From Carcharhinus amblyrhynchos (lineage: Eukaryota), in NCBI GenBank assembly GCA_965287045.1, contig OZ336899.1:16616001-16680000 (forward strand): a stretch of 64,000 nt of DNA, read 5' to 3'. The notes below the pieces were generated by a model. It was not told the DNA's origin. It ran no database searches and saw only the letters and a program-made list of their open reading frames with translations. Of the stretch, positions 53,601 to 63,470 are shown piece after piece. The stretch's first letter is position 1; each line of letters begins with the position of its first letter. The position numbers and the translations under genes are program-made.

Positions 53601-56600
53601 TCTTCAACATTACTGCTCTGATAATGGAACAGTCCCTTGGTACTGCTCCTCCAATAATGCAGCACTCCCTCTGTACTGCTCCTTCAACATTGCAACACAC
53701 CTCCAGTCCTGTATTGATGTCTCAGCCTGGATTATGTCTCAGGAGTGAGAGATGAAACCATGACCTTCAGGTTCAGAGATAAGAACATAAGAACATAAGA
53801 AATAGGAGCAGGAGTAGGCCAACTAGCCCTTTGAGCCTGCCCCACCATTCAATAAGATCATGGCTGATCTGTCGTGGCTCAGTTCCACATTCCCGCCCTC
53901 TCCCCATAACCCTTAATCAAAAACCTCTTATCTCTTATCAAAAACCCATCAACCCGCGTCTTAAAAATATTTAGCGAGGTAGCCTCCAACGGGCAGAGAA
54001 TTCCAGAGATTCACCACCCTTTGAGTGAAGAAGTTCCTCCTCAACTCCGTTCTAAACCGCGCCCCCTTTATCTTGAGGCTGTGCCCCCTAGTCCTACTAT
54101 CCTTTCTGAGCAGAAAGAGTCTCTCCACCTCTATCCTATCCATCCCATTCATCATCTTATACGTCTCAATGAGATCTCCCCTCATTCTTCTAAACTCTAA
54201 CGAGTACAAGCCTAATTTATTCAGCCTCTCCTCATAGCTCAACCCCCTCAACTCCGGCATCATCCTAGTAAACCTCCTCCACACTCCCTCCAAGGCCAAA
54301 ATATCCTTGCGTAAGTACGGTGCCCAAAACTGCACACAGTACTCCAGCTGCGGCCTCACCAATGCCCTGTACAGCCGCAGCAAGACCTTCCTACTTTTAT
54401 ATTCAATCCCCCTCGCGATGAAGGCCAGCATCCCATTCGCCTTCCTGACCACCTGCTGCACCTGCAAGCTGGGTTTTTGCGACTCATGCACAAGGACCCC
54501 GAGGTCCCTCTGTACCGTCGCCTGCTGCAGTTTTTCTCCACGCAAGTAATAATCCTTCCTACCATTATTCCTACCAAAGTGGACCACCTTGCACTTGCCA
54601 ACATTAAATTCCATTTGCCATTTCCTGGCCCATTCGCCCTGCCTATCTAGATCCTTCTGTAGACTCTCCACACCCTCCGCACAATTTGCCTTTCCACCAA
54701 TCTTGGTGTCATCAGCAAATTTCGACACCCTACACTCGGTTCCCTCCTCCAGATCATCTATATAAATGGTAAATAGCTGAGGCCCCAGCACCGACCCCTG
54801 GGGCACTCCACTAGTCACCATCCGCCAATCTGAACAGCACCCATTGACCCCCACTCTCTGCCTCCTATTTGACAACCAGTCCTCTATCCACGCTAACACC
54901 CTACCCCCAACTCCATGTCTCTCAACCTTCTGCAATAACCTCTTGTGAGGTACCTTGTCAAACGCCTTCTGAAAATCAAGAAAGACCACATCCACCGGCT
55001 CTCCTCTATCCACCGCCCTAGACACATCCTCATAGAACTCCAGTAAATTTGTCAGACACGACTTCCCTTTTACGAAACCGTGCTGCGTCTGCTCTATCAA
55101 GCAGTTCCCCTCAAGATGCCTCGCTATTTCCTCCTTGATGACGGATTCTAACATTTTACCTACAACAGACGTTAAACTAACCGGCCTATAATTCCCTGCC
55201 TTTTGCCTGGCACCCTTCTTAAACAACGGCGTAACATTGTTACGCTCCCATGTCAAACTTGAGCAGTGAGGCTAAATCAAACATTCTAACCATCACAGAG
55301 TCTGGGTTTAACTAAATAGACACTGAACAGAAAATCAGAAAGAAGATCTTCCTGGTCTACATAACATACCAGGTGAGACTTTTAGCCATTAAACCATTGG
55401 TGGAGCACAACCTCTGCCTTTTATTTGTTAATTTACTCAACTGGTGGTCATGGATGTCACAGGCTGGTTATTGGGATGGTCTTTGCTCTTATTGGATAAG
55501 CCTTCATCCATCTTCATTCTGAATTCCTCTGGCAGGTGTTATCAACAAAACTTTTACCAATATACAGGGAAAAACTGTGGAACATTTGTAAGGAATTCAA
55601 GATTCTATGGTGTGCTGTTTGGTGTATTGGCATCTGGCCTGCTCCTCATCATTGTCATCATCATTGCAATTATAGTCTACTGTAGGAGAAAGAGATTCTG
55701 GTACGTATCCATTTTGGGCATTTTTATGTGTTGTATTTTGTGTTCAATTTGATGAGGAATATTGAAATAACCCCGGTGAGGCCAGTGCCCCTCCACCAAA
55801 TTTAGATTTATTTACAAAGTAAGCAACACTCAGACAGCTATTTCCTCATACAGAGCATAAATCTAGACTGCCAGTAACCCTGACACTTCACATTATATAC
55901 ACATGTAGGGCTCCCTGATTGAACAAGGAAATCCTGCCTTAATCTGAGAGTTCTAAGAGGTCCACATTGTGGGCCTCGTTAAAGTCATTACAAATATCAA
56001 TGTCGGGGAATGGAAAAGTTGCACTCAAGCATTCTCTGCCACTCAGTCTACTTCCTGATAGCTCCACATGCTATGGTAGCTGTTGAAATCACCAATGTAA
56101 ATAGCTGAGTTGTTGATGGTTGGTTGCGTGATACTTGACCATGGTGGCTTGTGAACATTCACAATAGTCAGTTCACCCATTCTAATTGTTATGGAGAAGC
56201 ATAAGGTGTCAGCCGCCAGGATATCTTCATATTTCTTTTAATAATTAGGTTTGCCTAGATGTTTGCAGCTAAACCATATTTGCATTGTTATTGGCACAAT
56301 AGTTTGTGGATTCCATAGATCTGCATTTAATACGGATGGGGTTTAAGTTGGTTGTTTTTTGGAAGGGCAAGATTGCCAATCACATTCTAAGTTCCCTAAG
56401 GTTTCACACTTTACTCTGTGGAGATCTTCAATATCTGAAAAGTCTGAACCAATAATCTTGGTTGTTAATCTTAAAAGAGATTATTGGTTATTTGATGCCT
56501 TCAATCCAAGATGCCATTTTCATGTGTTTTGTTGTTGATGGCATTAGCTAGTGAGTTGTTGATAAACCAGCACACACAGGGAGACCACTTTAGGATAGAT

Positions 56601-59496
56601 CTCCCAGGGCGTGAAAGAATACTCTCCATTTGCCTGGATGAATGCAGCTCCAAAAACACTCAAGAAGGTCGATGCCATTCAGGACAAAGCAGCTCACTGG
56701 ACTGACAGCCCAAAATTCACTCCCTCCGCCACCAGTGCACAGTGTGTACTATCCACAGAATGTACTATGGCATTGATTCTTTGACAGCACTCATGATCTC
56801 CTCCACCTAGAAGCATAAGGATCACAGGCACATGGGAACACCACCACCTCCAAGCCTCTCTCCAAATTACACACCATCTTGATTTGGAAATATATCAATA
56901 TATGTAAGTTGGAGATTTGTTCACATGTAAACCTTATTTCAATAATATGTCAAGCCACTAACAACCAGGATAGTTTTGATATTCAGCTCAAGGGATACAT
57001 TAAAGTGAACTCCCCCATTTAAAGGAAAGCAGTCTTTCATCACAGTTGGATCAAAATCCTAGAATTCCCAACCTAACAACACTGTGGGAACCCTTCATTA
57101 CATTGATCATCACAGTTTGAGAAGAAGGTGGCTGACTGTCACCTTTCAAGGGTAATTAGGGATGGGCAATAAATACCAGCCTTGCCAACAACACATACAT
57201 CTTGAAAATGAATGAAGAACTAATTTTTAAAACTGTCCTCCTTCTCCTCAGGCCCAGTGATCATCAAAACTCACACAAATGGTATTCGATAGATGAAGAA
57301 TATTTCAAATTTCCACATACAGGTTTGTGCCAACATGTGTTTCAATGTAGAAAATAGTTTAATAATTTCTCTGGGTGGTTTGATATAAAAAAAACAAAGA
57401 ACAAAGAACAACCCAGCACGGGAAACAGGCCCTTCGGCCCAACGAGCCCGTGCCGCCGCATCACCCTACACCTATTCTACCCTGCATGTCTACGAATGGG
57501 ACCCTACTCAGTCAGATTCAGGGAAGAAATAGTGTCAATTTGGTGGAAACCGATTAGCCTAAGAGCACATCTTTGGGGTGTGGGAGGAAACCGGAGCGCC
57601 CGGAGGAAACCCACGCAACCACAGGGAGAATGCGCAAACTCCCACAGACACAGGCCCAAATCCATGTATCTGCACAGCTAGCAGTGCTAGTCACTGAGCT
57701 GTTGCGGCGCCCGTCTATCGGTCCAGGATCAAGCACACACACCGACATGAAGTACTAGGCCACTCCTGGACTTCCAAGAGCAGCCCACGCACGACCCGCC
57801 GTGTGCATGCCCCTCGCTTGACACGAGGTGGACCTCCACCTGTGAAATAAAGACAAAAAATATTAATCATACAGCCTGCCCTTCCGGTGTCTCCCGAGGT
57901 TTAACCCTATTTAATAGCCCCTACCATATCCCTCCATTCTTGTTTCACTCATGTGCCTATCTAACTGCATCTTAAACGAGTCCAACGTTCCTGCCTCCAC
58001 CACCCTACTCGGTAGCGCATTCCAGACCCCCACAACTCTCTGCGTAAAGAACCTTCCTCTTACCTCCAAATTATACCTCCCCCCCCTCACCCTTAAGTGA
58101 TGACCTCTCGTGTTTGTACCCAGTCTAGGGAGCAGTCTCTCACTATTAACTCTATCTATTCCCTTCAGTATCTTATATACCTCTATCATGTCCCCTCTCA
58201 ATCTCCGTCTTTCCAAGGAGAATAGCCCCAGTCTCTTCAATCTCTCCTCGTAACCCAGTCCCCCCATGCCAGGCAACATCCTGGTAAACCTCCTCTGCAC
58301 CCTTTCCAGAGACTCCACGTCCTTCCGGTAATAAGGTGACCAGAACTGGACGCAGTACTCCAAATGCGGTCTAACCAACGTTCTGTATAACTGAAGCATT
58401 AGACATATGTATGTGTTATCTGCCAATTTATTTTTACCTGTCATCTAGTTTTGTAATGACTGTTTGTCCTTGGCTGTTTTATCCAAGTAGCTGTTTTAGC
58501 ATTGGATGTCTGGACAGTGTATATAAGGATGCTTTTCAATCTGCAGGGTGTCACAGCTGAGAGATGTAGGGGCTTCCTCCTGTCAACCTGACAGCAATTG
58601 ATTAAATCAGTACCAAGTAGGGACTGAGCCAGAGATCTTTGTTTTCTCTGTGGCTTTGTGTCTCAGTGGATGATACAGTCACTAGGTGCATCAGTACACT
58701 TTGAGCAAATACATCTTGCGCTTGCATCTGTCTATTGATGTAACTAGTCATGGCTGTGGTATATGAATGTGGAGATCCAACCTGGAGGTAGTTGGATACA
58801 CTTTATATCTAGCCAGTAAACAGGCATTTTCTAAGGTTGAGCAACTTTGCATTGTATCCAAGGTTGGTCAGAAGTTATGAACTCTATGCAATGAATGAAG
58901 CTTCAATGAAATGTAGGAGACTCCCTTCAGATCTTTATGCCACCTATGCTGTTTGAAGCAAAGAGATAGTCATCTACAATGGTTCACTACCTCAGTTATA
59001 ATAAATGGAGTTTTGGGTCTTAGCTAATTGTACCACAAGCCAATATATATTTCACTAATCGATTATTCTTATCAATATACAGCTTTGTTGGAAGCAACAC
59101 ATCCCTTCATTGGTCTTACCTTGTCTTTTTTGTAAGTTGTAGTGAAGCCACTAATGTGTCTAATGCATTCCCCTCATTCTCTAGATCTGAATATAGGGAC
59201 TCTGACACCAAAGCCCCTGGGAAGGAGACGAGGAAAATACAGCCTAGACGAACACCTTACATTTGAAGATGACTTGGGTTCTGGTGTTTGGAGACCAAAC
59301 TTAGACATGGTGGACACAGAGGCTGAGGTAAATTGAAGCATGCAAGGCCAGATTACCTATGGTCGTGATGATTGTTGAGGATTCAACATTGGTCCAGATA
59401 TTTGTGAGAAATCAATCATTTGATGCTGTGTTTCCTCCCTGTCAGGTACGAGCCAAGCGTCCAGATATGGTTGTGCCTATGCCCAATGGACAATGA
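4218..59496 (+). CDS. Giant transmembrane mucin, MUC3/MUC12/MUC17-like (5'-incomplete); join(4218..44627,45627..45748,47072..47136,50782..50981,51435..51597,55536..55700,57252..57322,59185..59327,59446..59496)
   Basis: All introns are GT..AG with matching phases (1,0,2,1,2,2,1,0), giving one open frame: PTS-EGF-SEA-EGF-TM-cytoplasmic tail. The tail end RPNLDMVDTEAEVRAKRPDM resembles, from memory, MUC3A LENVDTTMKVHIKRPEM and MUC17 RPSLRHIDPETKIRIQRPQV. No signal peptide was seen in the window. Confidence 0.9.
4990..43270 (+). repeat. Coding tandem array: 17 A monomers (1056 bp) + 19 B monomers (1020 bp), mostly as 2076-bp AB dimers, plus diverged edge units
   Basis: A landmarks recur at 5905+2076n up to 37042 (3-bp shift after 24589), then at 40138. 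B landmarks recur at 6961+2076n up to 38098, then at 39118, 41194 and 42214. Confidence 0.97.
44990..45116 (+). mobile_element. CR1 LINE 3' terminal fragment
   Basis: aagggatatagg...ggtcggcatggactagttgggccaaagggcctttttctgtgttgtat tail. Confidence 0.75.
45627..45748 (+). CDS. Mucin exon, SEA domain N-terminal part (SPNTPQREVSLTLRINQTWSKELDNTSSVAHRNLTDALTSL)
   Basis: Acceptor ctcctgcttcAG and donor TTG|GTGAGT; phase 1->0. Shows the SEA-like pattern W-S-x-E-L-x-N-x-S-S. Confidence 0.9.
46110..46960. repeat. 69-bp intronic minisatellite (~8 copies) interrupted by a SINE
   Basis: The caatt landmark falls at 46176, 46246, then 46642, 46711, 46780, 46849 and 46918. Unit ~caattagattccagcctgtaactcactcctggatatctgctactctgtatataaaccacctaaacccc. 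Confidence 0.9.
46289..46632 (-). mobile_element. tRNA-derived V-domain SINE (HE1-like), near full length
   Basis: Reverse complement of head (ggtggcacagtggttagca; ggtttgattcc), V core (gaggaaaccagagcacccagaggaaacccac on +) and CR1-like tail. Confidence 0.88.
47072..47136 (+). CDS. Mucin exon, SEA domain middle (LTPLYKKAAPRHFHKVVINELR)
   Basis: Acceptor ctccttctttgtttcttacAG and donor CG|GTATGT; phase 0->2. Confidence 0.88.
48590..50600. mobile_element. Nested CR1 cluster: old minus-strand CR1 (48590-49350 + 50457-50600) split by a plus-strand CR1 (49360-50456), itself split by a minus-strand CR1 3' piece (~49585-49935)
   Basis: Minus-strand RT motifs RPVCLTS..QHGFVEGKS (50457-50600) continue as FEEV..YLDLRKAFD (~49350). 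The plus-strand copy reads LLQLYRTLVR...FTRL, then RGDLIETYKI...tail at 50456. Confidence 0.75.
50782..50981 (+). CDS. Mucin exon, SEA domain C-terminal part with autoproteolysis motif (R)AGSIIA
   Basis: Acceptor ttttcctccatAG and donor A|GTAGGT; phase 2->1. GSIIA matches the G^SVVV SEA cleavage motif. Confidence 0.9.
51435..51597 (+). CDS. Mucin exon, Cys-rich/EGF-like 2 (NITDLNLTCSLSFNNYKVNCHNGISCLCEGPCKMNRDFCNYNGQCLNQAHGAVCE)
   Basis: Long pyrimidine tract ending in ttttAG and donor GA|GTAAGT; phase 1->2. Cys spacing is EGF-like. Confidence 0.92.
53200..53780 (-). mobile_element. Deu-domain SINE (SacSINE1-like), decayed, with internal 33-bp expansion
   Basis: Recognisable blocks ccaatttgtgcacagcaa, ttgagggataaatattggcca, ccctgctcttct, cagtgcagcactccctcagtactgc and tcagcctggattatgt. 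Family assigned from memory of the consensus. Confidence 0.65.
53491..53705. repeat. 33-bp minisatellite (~6.5 diverged copies)
   Basis: Unit cagtgcagtattccctcagtactgctcatccaa at 53491, 53524, 53557 and onward. Confidence 0.75.
53779..55256 (-). mobile_element. Young 5'-truncated CR1 LINE with uninterrupted 431-aa reverse transcriptase fragment
   Basis: NYRPVSLTS, QHGF, DFQKAFD, GVPQGSVLGP and KFADD motifs; CpG-rich; (ttcttatg)n tail. A small deletion near 53990 frameshifts the last ~25 codons. Confidence 0.97.
55536..55700 (+). CDS. Mucin exon, end of EGF2 + transmembrane helix + stop-transfer (CYQQNFYQYTGKNC...FYGVLFGVLASGLLLIIVIIIAIIVY CRRKRF)
   Basis: Acceptor ttcctctggcAG and donor TG|GTACGT; phase 2->2. 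A ~25-aa hydrophobic run is followed by RRKR. Confidence 0.93.
55763..55992 (-). mobile_element. Solo LTR (230 bp) with 5-bp target-site duplication
   Basis: TG...CA ends with imperfect inverted termini (TGAAATAAC / GTCATTACA). AATAT flanks both sides (55758-62, 55993-97). The minus strand has TATATAA followed by AATAAA. Confidence 0.75.
56610..57215 (+). mobile_element. Old non-LTR retrotransposon 3' end (CR1/L2 group)
   Basis: EYSPFAWMNAAPKTLKKVDAIQDKAA...IHSLRHQCTV..., WNS-type block and 3' tail gggtaattagggatgggcaataaat. Confidence 0.65.
57252..57322 (+). CDS. Mucin exon, cytoplasmic tail 1 (WPSDHQNSHKWYSIDEEYFKFPHT)
   Basis: Acceptor ctccttctcctcAG and donor ACAG|GTTTGT; phase 2->1. 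Confidence 0.85.
57391..58399 (-). mobile_element. Young 5'-truncated CR1 LINE whose long 3'UTR contains a V-SINE head/core
   Basis: Intact ORF2 C-terminus LQLYRTLVRPHLEYCVQFWSP...GYGRGY* (stop 57911), SINE-like block ~57712-57545, and terminal gggccgaagggcctgtttcc + (ttctttg)n tail. Confidence 0.85.
59185..59327 (+). CDS. Mucin exon, cytoplasmic tail 2 (DLNIGTLTPKPLGRRRGKYSLDEHLTFEDDLGSGVWRPNLDMVDTEAE)
   Basis: Acceptor ccctcattctctAG and donor GAG|GTAAAT; phase 1->0. Confidence 0.87.
59446..59496 (+). CDS. Mucin last coding exon (VRAKRPDMVVPMPNGQ*)
   Basis: Acceptor tttcctccctgtcAG, phase 0, TGA at 59494-59496. The V-x-x-K-R-P-x-M motif is typical of MUC3/12/17 last exons. Confidence 0.87.
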   Translation, partial: VRAKRPDMVVPMPNGQ

Positions 59497-60864
59497 CAGC
59501 TGGTTTCAGGACATATTTCAGTTACAGGGAATTTAAATATTTAGAAAACATGGACACATCAAAATGTTCAAAATGCTTGTTTGTTCAGAGCACTACTTAT
59601 GAAATAAGGAAGATTCTACTGCTCAACAACTTACTGTCATTTAGTTTTTTTTAATATAATATTTCAGGGTTGTATTATAAAAAGCTCTGTGATTATTTGA
59701 TATGATTCATTCAAGGCCCCTGTTTTTGAAAGTTACAAGGGTCTCTGCACTCTGAATTCTCCAAAATAGCCTGCTAGCTTTTCAAAACATAAATGTTTAG
59801 GTAGATGGCAGTGTTTGAGCAGAGGTTCAATGTATGGTCAACCTTTTGGGAGGGAAGGGAACAGAGACTACTTGAAATTCCTGAAATCTCTATATGTAAT
59901 AAAAATTAGAATGGTAATGGTGTTTGACCACTCCAAGAAAAACTGCCTAGTTACTGTAAATTCGAGTGCATTGTACATCATCAGTGACAAGACCAGGGCC
60001 AGTCGAATGACGTTTAAACAGACTGTTAGGGAATATTTGTAGGAATAATATTTTGGCATCCAACATAAGACAAAATAATTTATTAACAAATATCAGAAAA
60101 CAGGAATGTAGCTCGTTGATGGCTGAATGGATAAGGGCACAACCCAGTGCAGTACTGTGTTATATCAGGACACCCTGGATTCTATACACAGTCTGTGCTT
60201 TTTTACCTGATTTCAACCGAGTGGCAAATGCCACACAACAGCCTGCTACCATATCTCTGGTAAAATAAAAATCAGCCAGGTTTTTCACACTAGGATTGTA
60301 CCTCTGCGAGTAAGGACACAATCAGATTCCACTCTGATGCTTCCAATAATCAAACAGCATGTGGACGCTGGTCATATGGGAATTCAGTGGCCTAGCCCAG
60401 TTTGCTTTAGAATGTAGGATGGAAAGAGAAAAGGAAGGAAGGAATTTGGCTTCAAATTATGTTCAAAATATTATCCCTTAAGTGAGATACCAGCAGTTAA
60501 TTGGGGAACTATATTCTAATAACAGGCAGAACCATCAATAGAGGAGAAGACGAAACAAACTATATAAATAGCAGGTGAGATTTGAACCCTTGATTTTACA
60601 GTAATGTCTTTCAAGTCTATTTAATTTCCATAATCTTTTTACAATCCATTTTGTAGAATGCTTGAGAGAAAGTACATCAATTGTCTTTTTAGAATAAGAA
60701 ACATTTCAGCTTTACAACTGTTGGAGCAGAATATGTGTATTTAAATTATATAAATTTAGGTCAAGTAGAATCTATTTAATATTGAACCCTTTTATTTTCT
60801 GAATTACATTATGTTTGTTATAAATTAAATGTTATGAAGTTCTCATTTGCACTGTTTACATATA

Positions 60865-60870
60865 AATAAA
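60865..60870 (+). terminator. Likely polyadenylation signal of the mucin (3'UTR ~1.4 kb)
   Basis: AATAAA at the end of an AT-rich stretch, followed ~20 nt later by a T/GT-rich element (ttgcatttgtttcttctttc). Alternative AATAAA sites lie at 59898 and 60264. Confidence 0.55.
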
Positions 60871-61242
60871 ATATTTGTTTATAAAATTGCATTTGTTTCT
60901 TCTTTCACAAGTATGTAGTGACTGCCTTAGGTTTCCTCACTTTTTGCAATAATGCTAAGATACTATTACTGGTGAATGGTAATGTAGGAATACCTTGTGC
61001 TAACATTGTGAAATTTTGAAATGGATGGGTTAAATGAGGTATGATCAAAATTTCTGAGGAGGAATCTTCAGCATTACAACAAAAATATCAAAGTTATAAC
61101 TTCCAAGCATTTGTTCATCCAATCCTGGGCCCTCATGTTTCTCTGAGCGCATGCACTCGGCGGGATTGAAAGCAGACAAGAACATGTTCCCCATCTGCGG
61201 TCAAGAGAGCAATTTCACAGTGACTGGCCAATTAGCAGCCTA

Positions 61243-61326
61243 GTAAGAAGTCTCACAACACCAGGTTAAAGTCCAACAGGTTTATTTGATAGTAAATGCC
61301 AGAAGCTTTCAGAACACTGTTCCTTC
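61243..61326 (-). mobile_element. Short terminal remnant of a second probable Penelope-like repeat (3' half of hammerhead)
   Basis: The minus strand reads gaaGGAAC-agt-GTTCT-GAAAGCTT...aataaacctgttggactttaacctggtgttgtgagacttcttac. The CTGAT part is replaced by the low-complexity tract. Confidence 0.45.
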
Positions 61327-62645
61327 CCCTGCCCCCTCTCCCTCCCCCCACCCTCTCTCTCTCCCCCCCACTCCTCCCTCCCTCCCTCCCTCCACCCCTC
61401 TCTCCCTCCCTCCCCCACTCCTCCCTCCCTCCCCGCCCCTGTCTCCCTCCCTCCCCACGCCCCTTCTCCTCCCTCCCCCCTCCCCCTCTCCTCCCTCCCC
61501 CACCCCTCTCTCCCTCCCTCCCCTGCCCCTTTGTCTCTCCCTTACCCACCCCTCACTCCCTCCCCACGCCCCACTCTCCCTCCCTCTCCACCGTCCCACT
61601 CTCCCTCCCTCCTCACTGTCCCTGTCTCCCTCTGCCCGCCCCTCTCTCCTTCCCCCGCCCCCTCTCCCTCCCCCTGCACCTCTCTCCCTCCCCCCTCTCC
61701 CTCCCCAGACTCTCTCTCCCTACCCCCCCACCCATCTCTCCCTCCCCACCCCTCCCTCCCCCCCACCCCCGTCTCTCCCTCCCCACACACCCCCATTTCT
61801 CCCTCACCACACCCCCCATTACTCCCTCCCCCCACCCCCATCTCTACCTCCCTCCGCCCTGCCCCTCTCTCCCTCACCCCGCCCCGCTCTCCCTCCCGCC
61901 CCTCTCTCCCCCTCCCGCTCACCTTTCCCCCCACGCCCTCTCTCCTCCCGCCCCTTTCTCCTCCCGTCCCTCTTTCCCCACTGCCTCTCTGTCCCCACCC
62001 CTCTTTCCCACCCCCGGCCTCTCTCCCTCGGCCCCCGCCCCTCTCTTCCTCCCCACCCCTCTCTCCCCACCACCCCTCTCTCCTTTCCCCCCTCTCTCCT
62101 TCCCTGCCCCTCTTTCCCTTCCCCACCCCTCCCTCCTGCCCAGTGGGGAGGCAGCGAGAGAGGGGCAGTGGGGAGGGAGCAAGAGAGGGGCAGGGAGAGG
62201 GAGAAGGATGAGGGAGAGAGGTGTGGGGAGAGGGAGGGAGAGAGGGGCAGGGGGGAGAGGAGTGGGGGAAGGAGAGAGGGGCAGGGGGAGAGAGGAGTGG
62301 GGGGGAGAGAGGAGTGGGGGGGAGAGAGGAGTGGGGGGGGAGAGAGGGGCGGGGAGGGCAGTGGGGCAGGAGAGAGGGGCGGACGAAGGCAGGGAAGAGG
62401 GGCAGCGGGGGAGAGGGGCAGGGGTTGGGCAGAAGGAAGGCAGAAGGGAGTTGGGAAGAGAGTGGAAGGAGAGATGGGAGGGCAGGAGGAGAGCAAGAGG
62501 TGGGCAAAAGCGGTGGTGGTGGGAGGAAAGCTGGAAGAGGAGGGCGGCAGGAGGAGAGTGAGAGGAAAGCGGGAGAGGGGTGGGAAGAGGACAAGAGGAA
62601 AGCAAAAGGAAGGACAAGAGGAGAGCGGGCACCAAGAAAAGGGAA
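61321..62645. repeat. Low-complexity polypyrimidine tract (61321-62140) abutting a polypurine tract (62143-62645)
   Basis: Nearly pure C/T, then nearly pure G/A. Motifs such as ccctgcccctctctcc and ggagagaggggcaggg are reverse complements. Confidence 0.92.
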
Positions 62646-63079
62646 CTGTGGATTAGCGGTTTAATGTTCTTCCATCTGGGAAACAGTCTCTGTGGATGTG
62701 TGTCAGGGAGCTGCTTAGCCATGAAAAATAAAAATCGATGTCCATGTTATTCCACGAGTGTCCGGGCAGCACTATCATTCACAGACATCAGTTCCCAGGC
62801 ACATTTGTTAATTTGATTTCAACCCTGCATCTAGGTTGCAGCTCAAAGGTAGTGGCCACTTGGCCAGTCGGTCCACCCGTCAACAGATGGGACGTGTAAC
62901 ATTGAGTTCAGTTGGCCCCTCAACGGGCTGATTGTCAGCGGGTGCACTTCTGACTCCCGCACATGCCTGCTGACCAAAATATTGCACAAGTGCGTGATAA
63001 CATCGGGATATTTGCCCCATACCTTCTCACACAATTTCACTCGCTTTTGGGTTAGGCATGTGCCCATCCAAGCAACATA

Positions 63080-63470
63080 AAATTCTGGCCTTTCAGTATG
63101 CAAGTTGTATGGGATCCTTAATGGTGAGATATATAAATGGAAGCGATACAAAGTCATGGTGCATGATTCTGCACGAATCAGGAAGAGAATTACACACAAT
63201 CTTGAACGGGAATCACTACAGCAAGGGAGGGAGGAAATAGACATCACATTCTGTAAAATATGGAATGGACTGGACGGAATCGACAGAAACAAGTAGCCAT
63301 TGTCCTCCAGCAATGACAAAACACGAGGTAACCAGCAAACTGCAAAGACCATTTGTCTAACAATCAATATTCCTCCCAAGGACAATTCCACAATGGAATA
63401 AGCTACCAGAGGGAACAGTCACAGCCCCATCACAGGAAACCTCAAGACCCATCTTTAGATTATTGCCATT
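63080..63470 (+). mobile_element. Highly decayed LINE RT C-terminal fragment (CR1/L2 group)
   Basis: Frameshifted remnants YAS..WDP-like, ESLQQGR, KIWNGL..ID, KTRG and FLPRTIPQWNKLPEGTVTAPS. Confidence 0.55.

Noticed and set aside
53961-55256. 431-aa RT as a domesticated or novel reverse transcriptase gene
   Set aside because: It is an ordinary 5'-truncated CR1 ORF2 lacking the endonuclease and promoter, with a standard CR1 tail.
61253-62722. Long Pro/Leu/Ser- and Gly/Arg/Glu-rich ORFs in all frames
   Set aside because: Low-complexity C/T and G/A DNA contains almost no stop codons; these are not genes.
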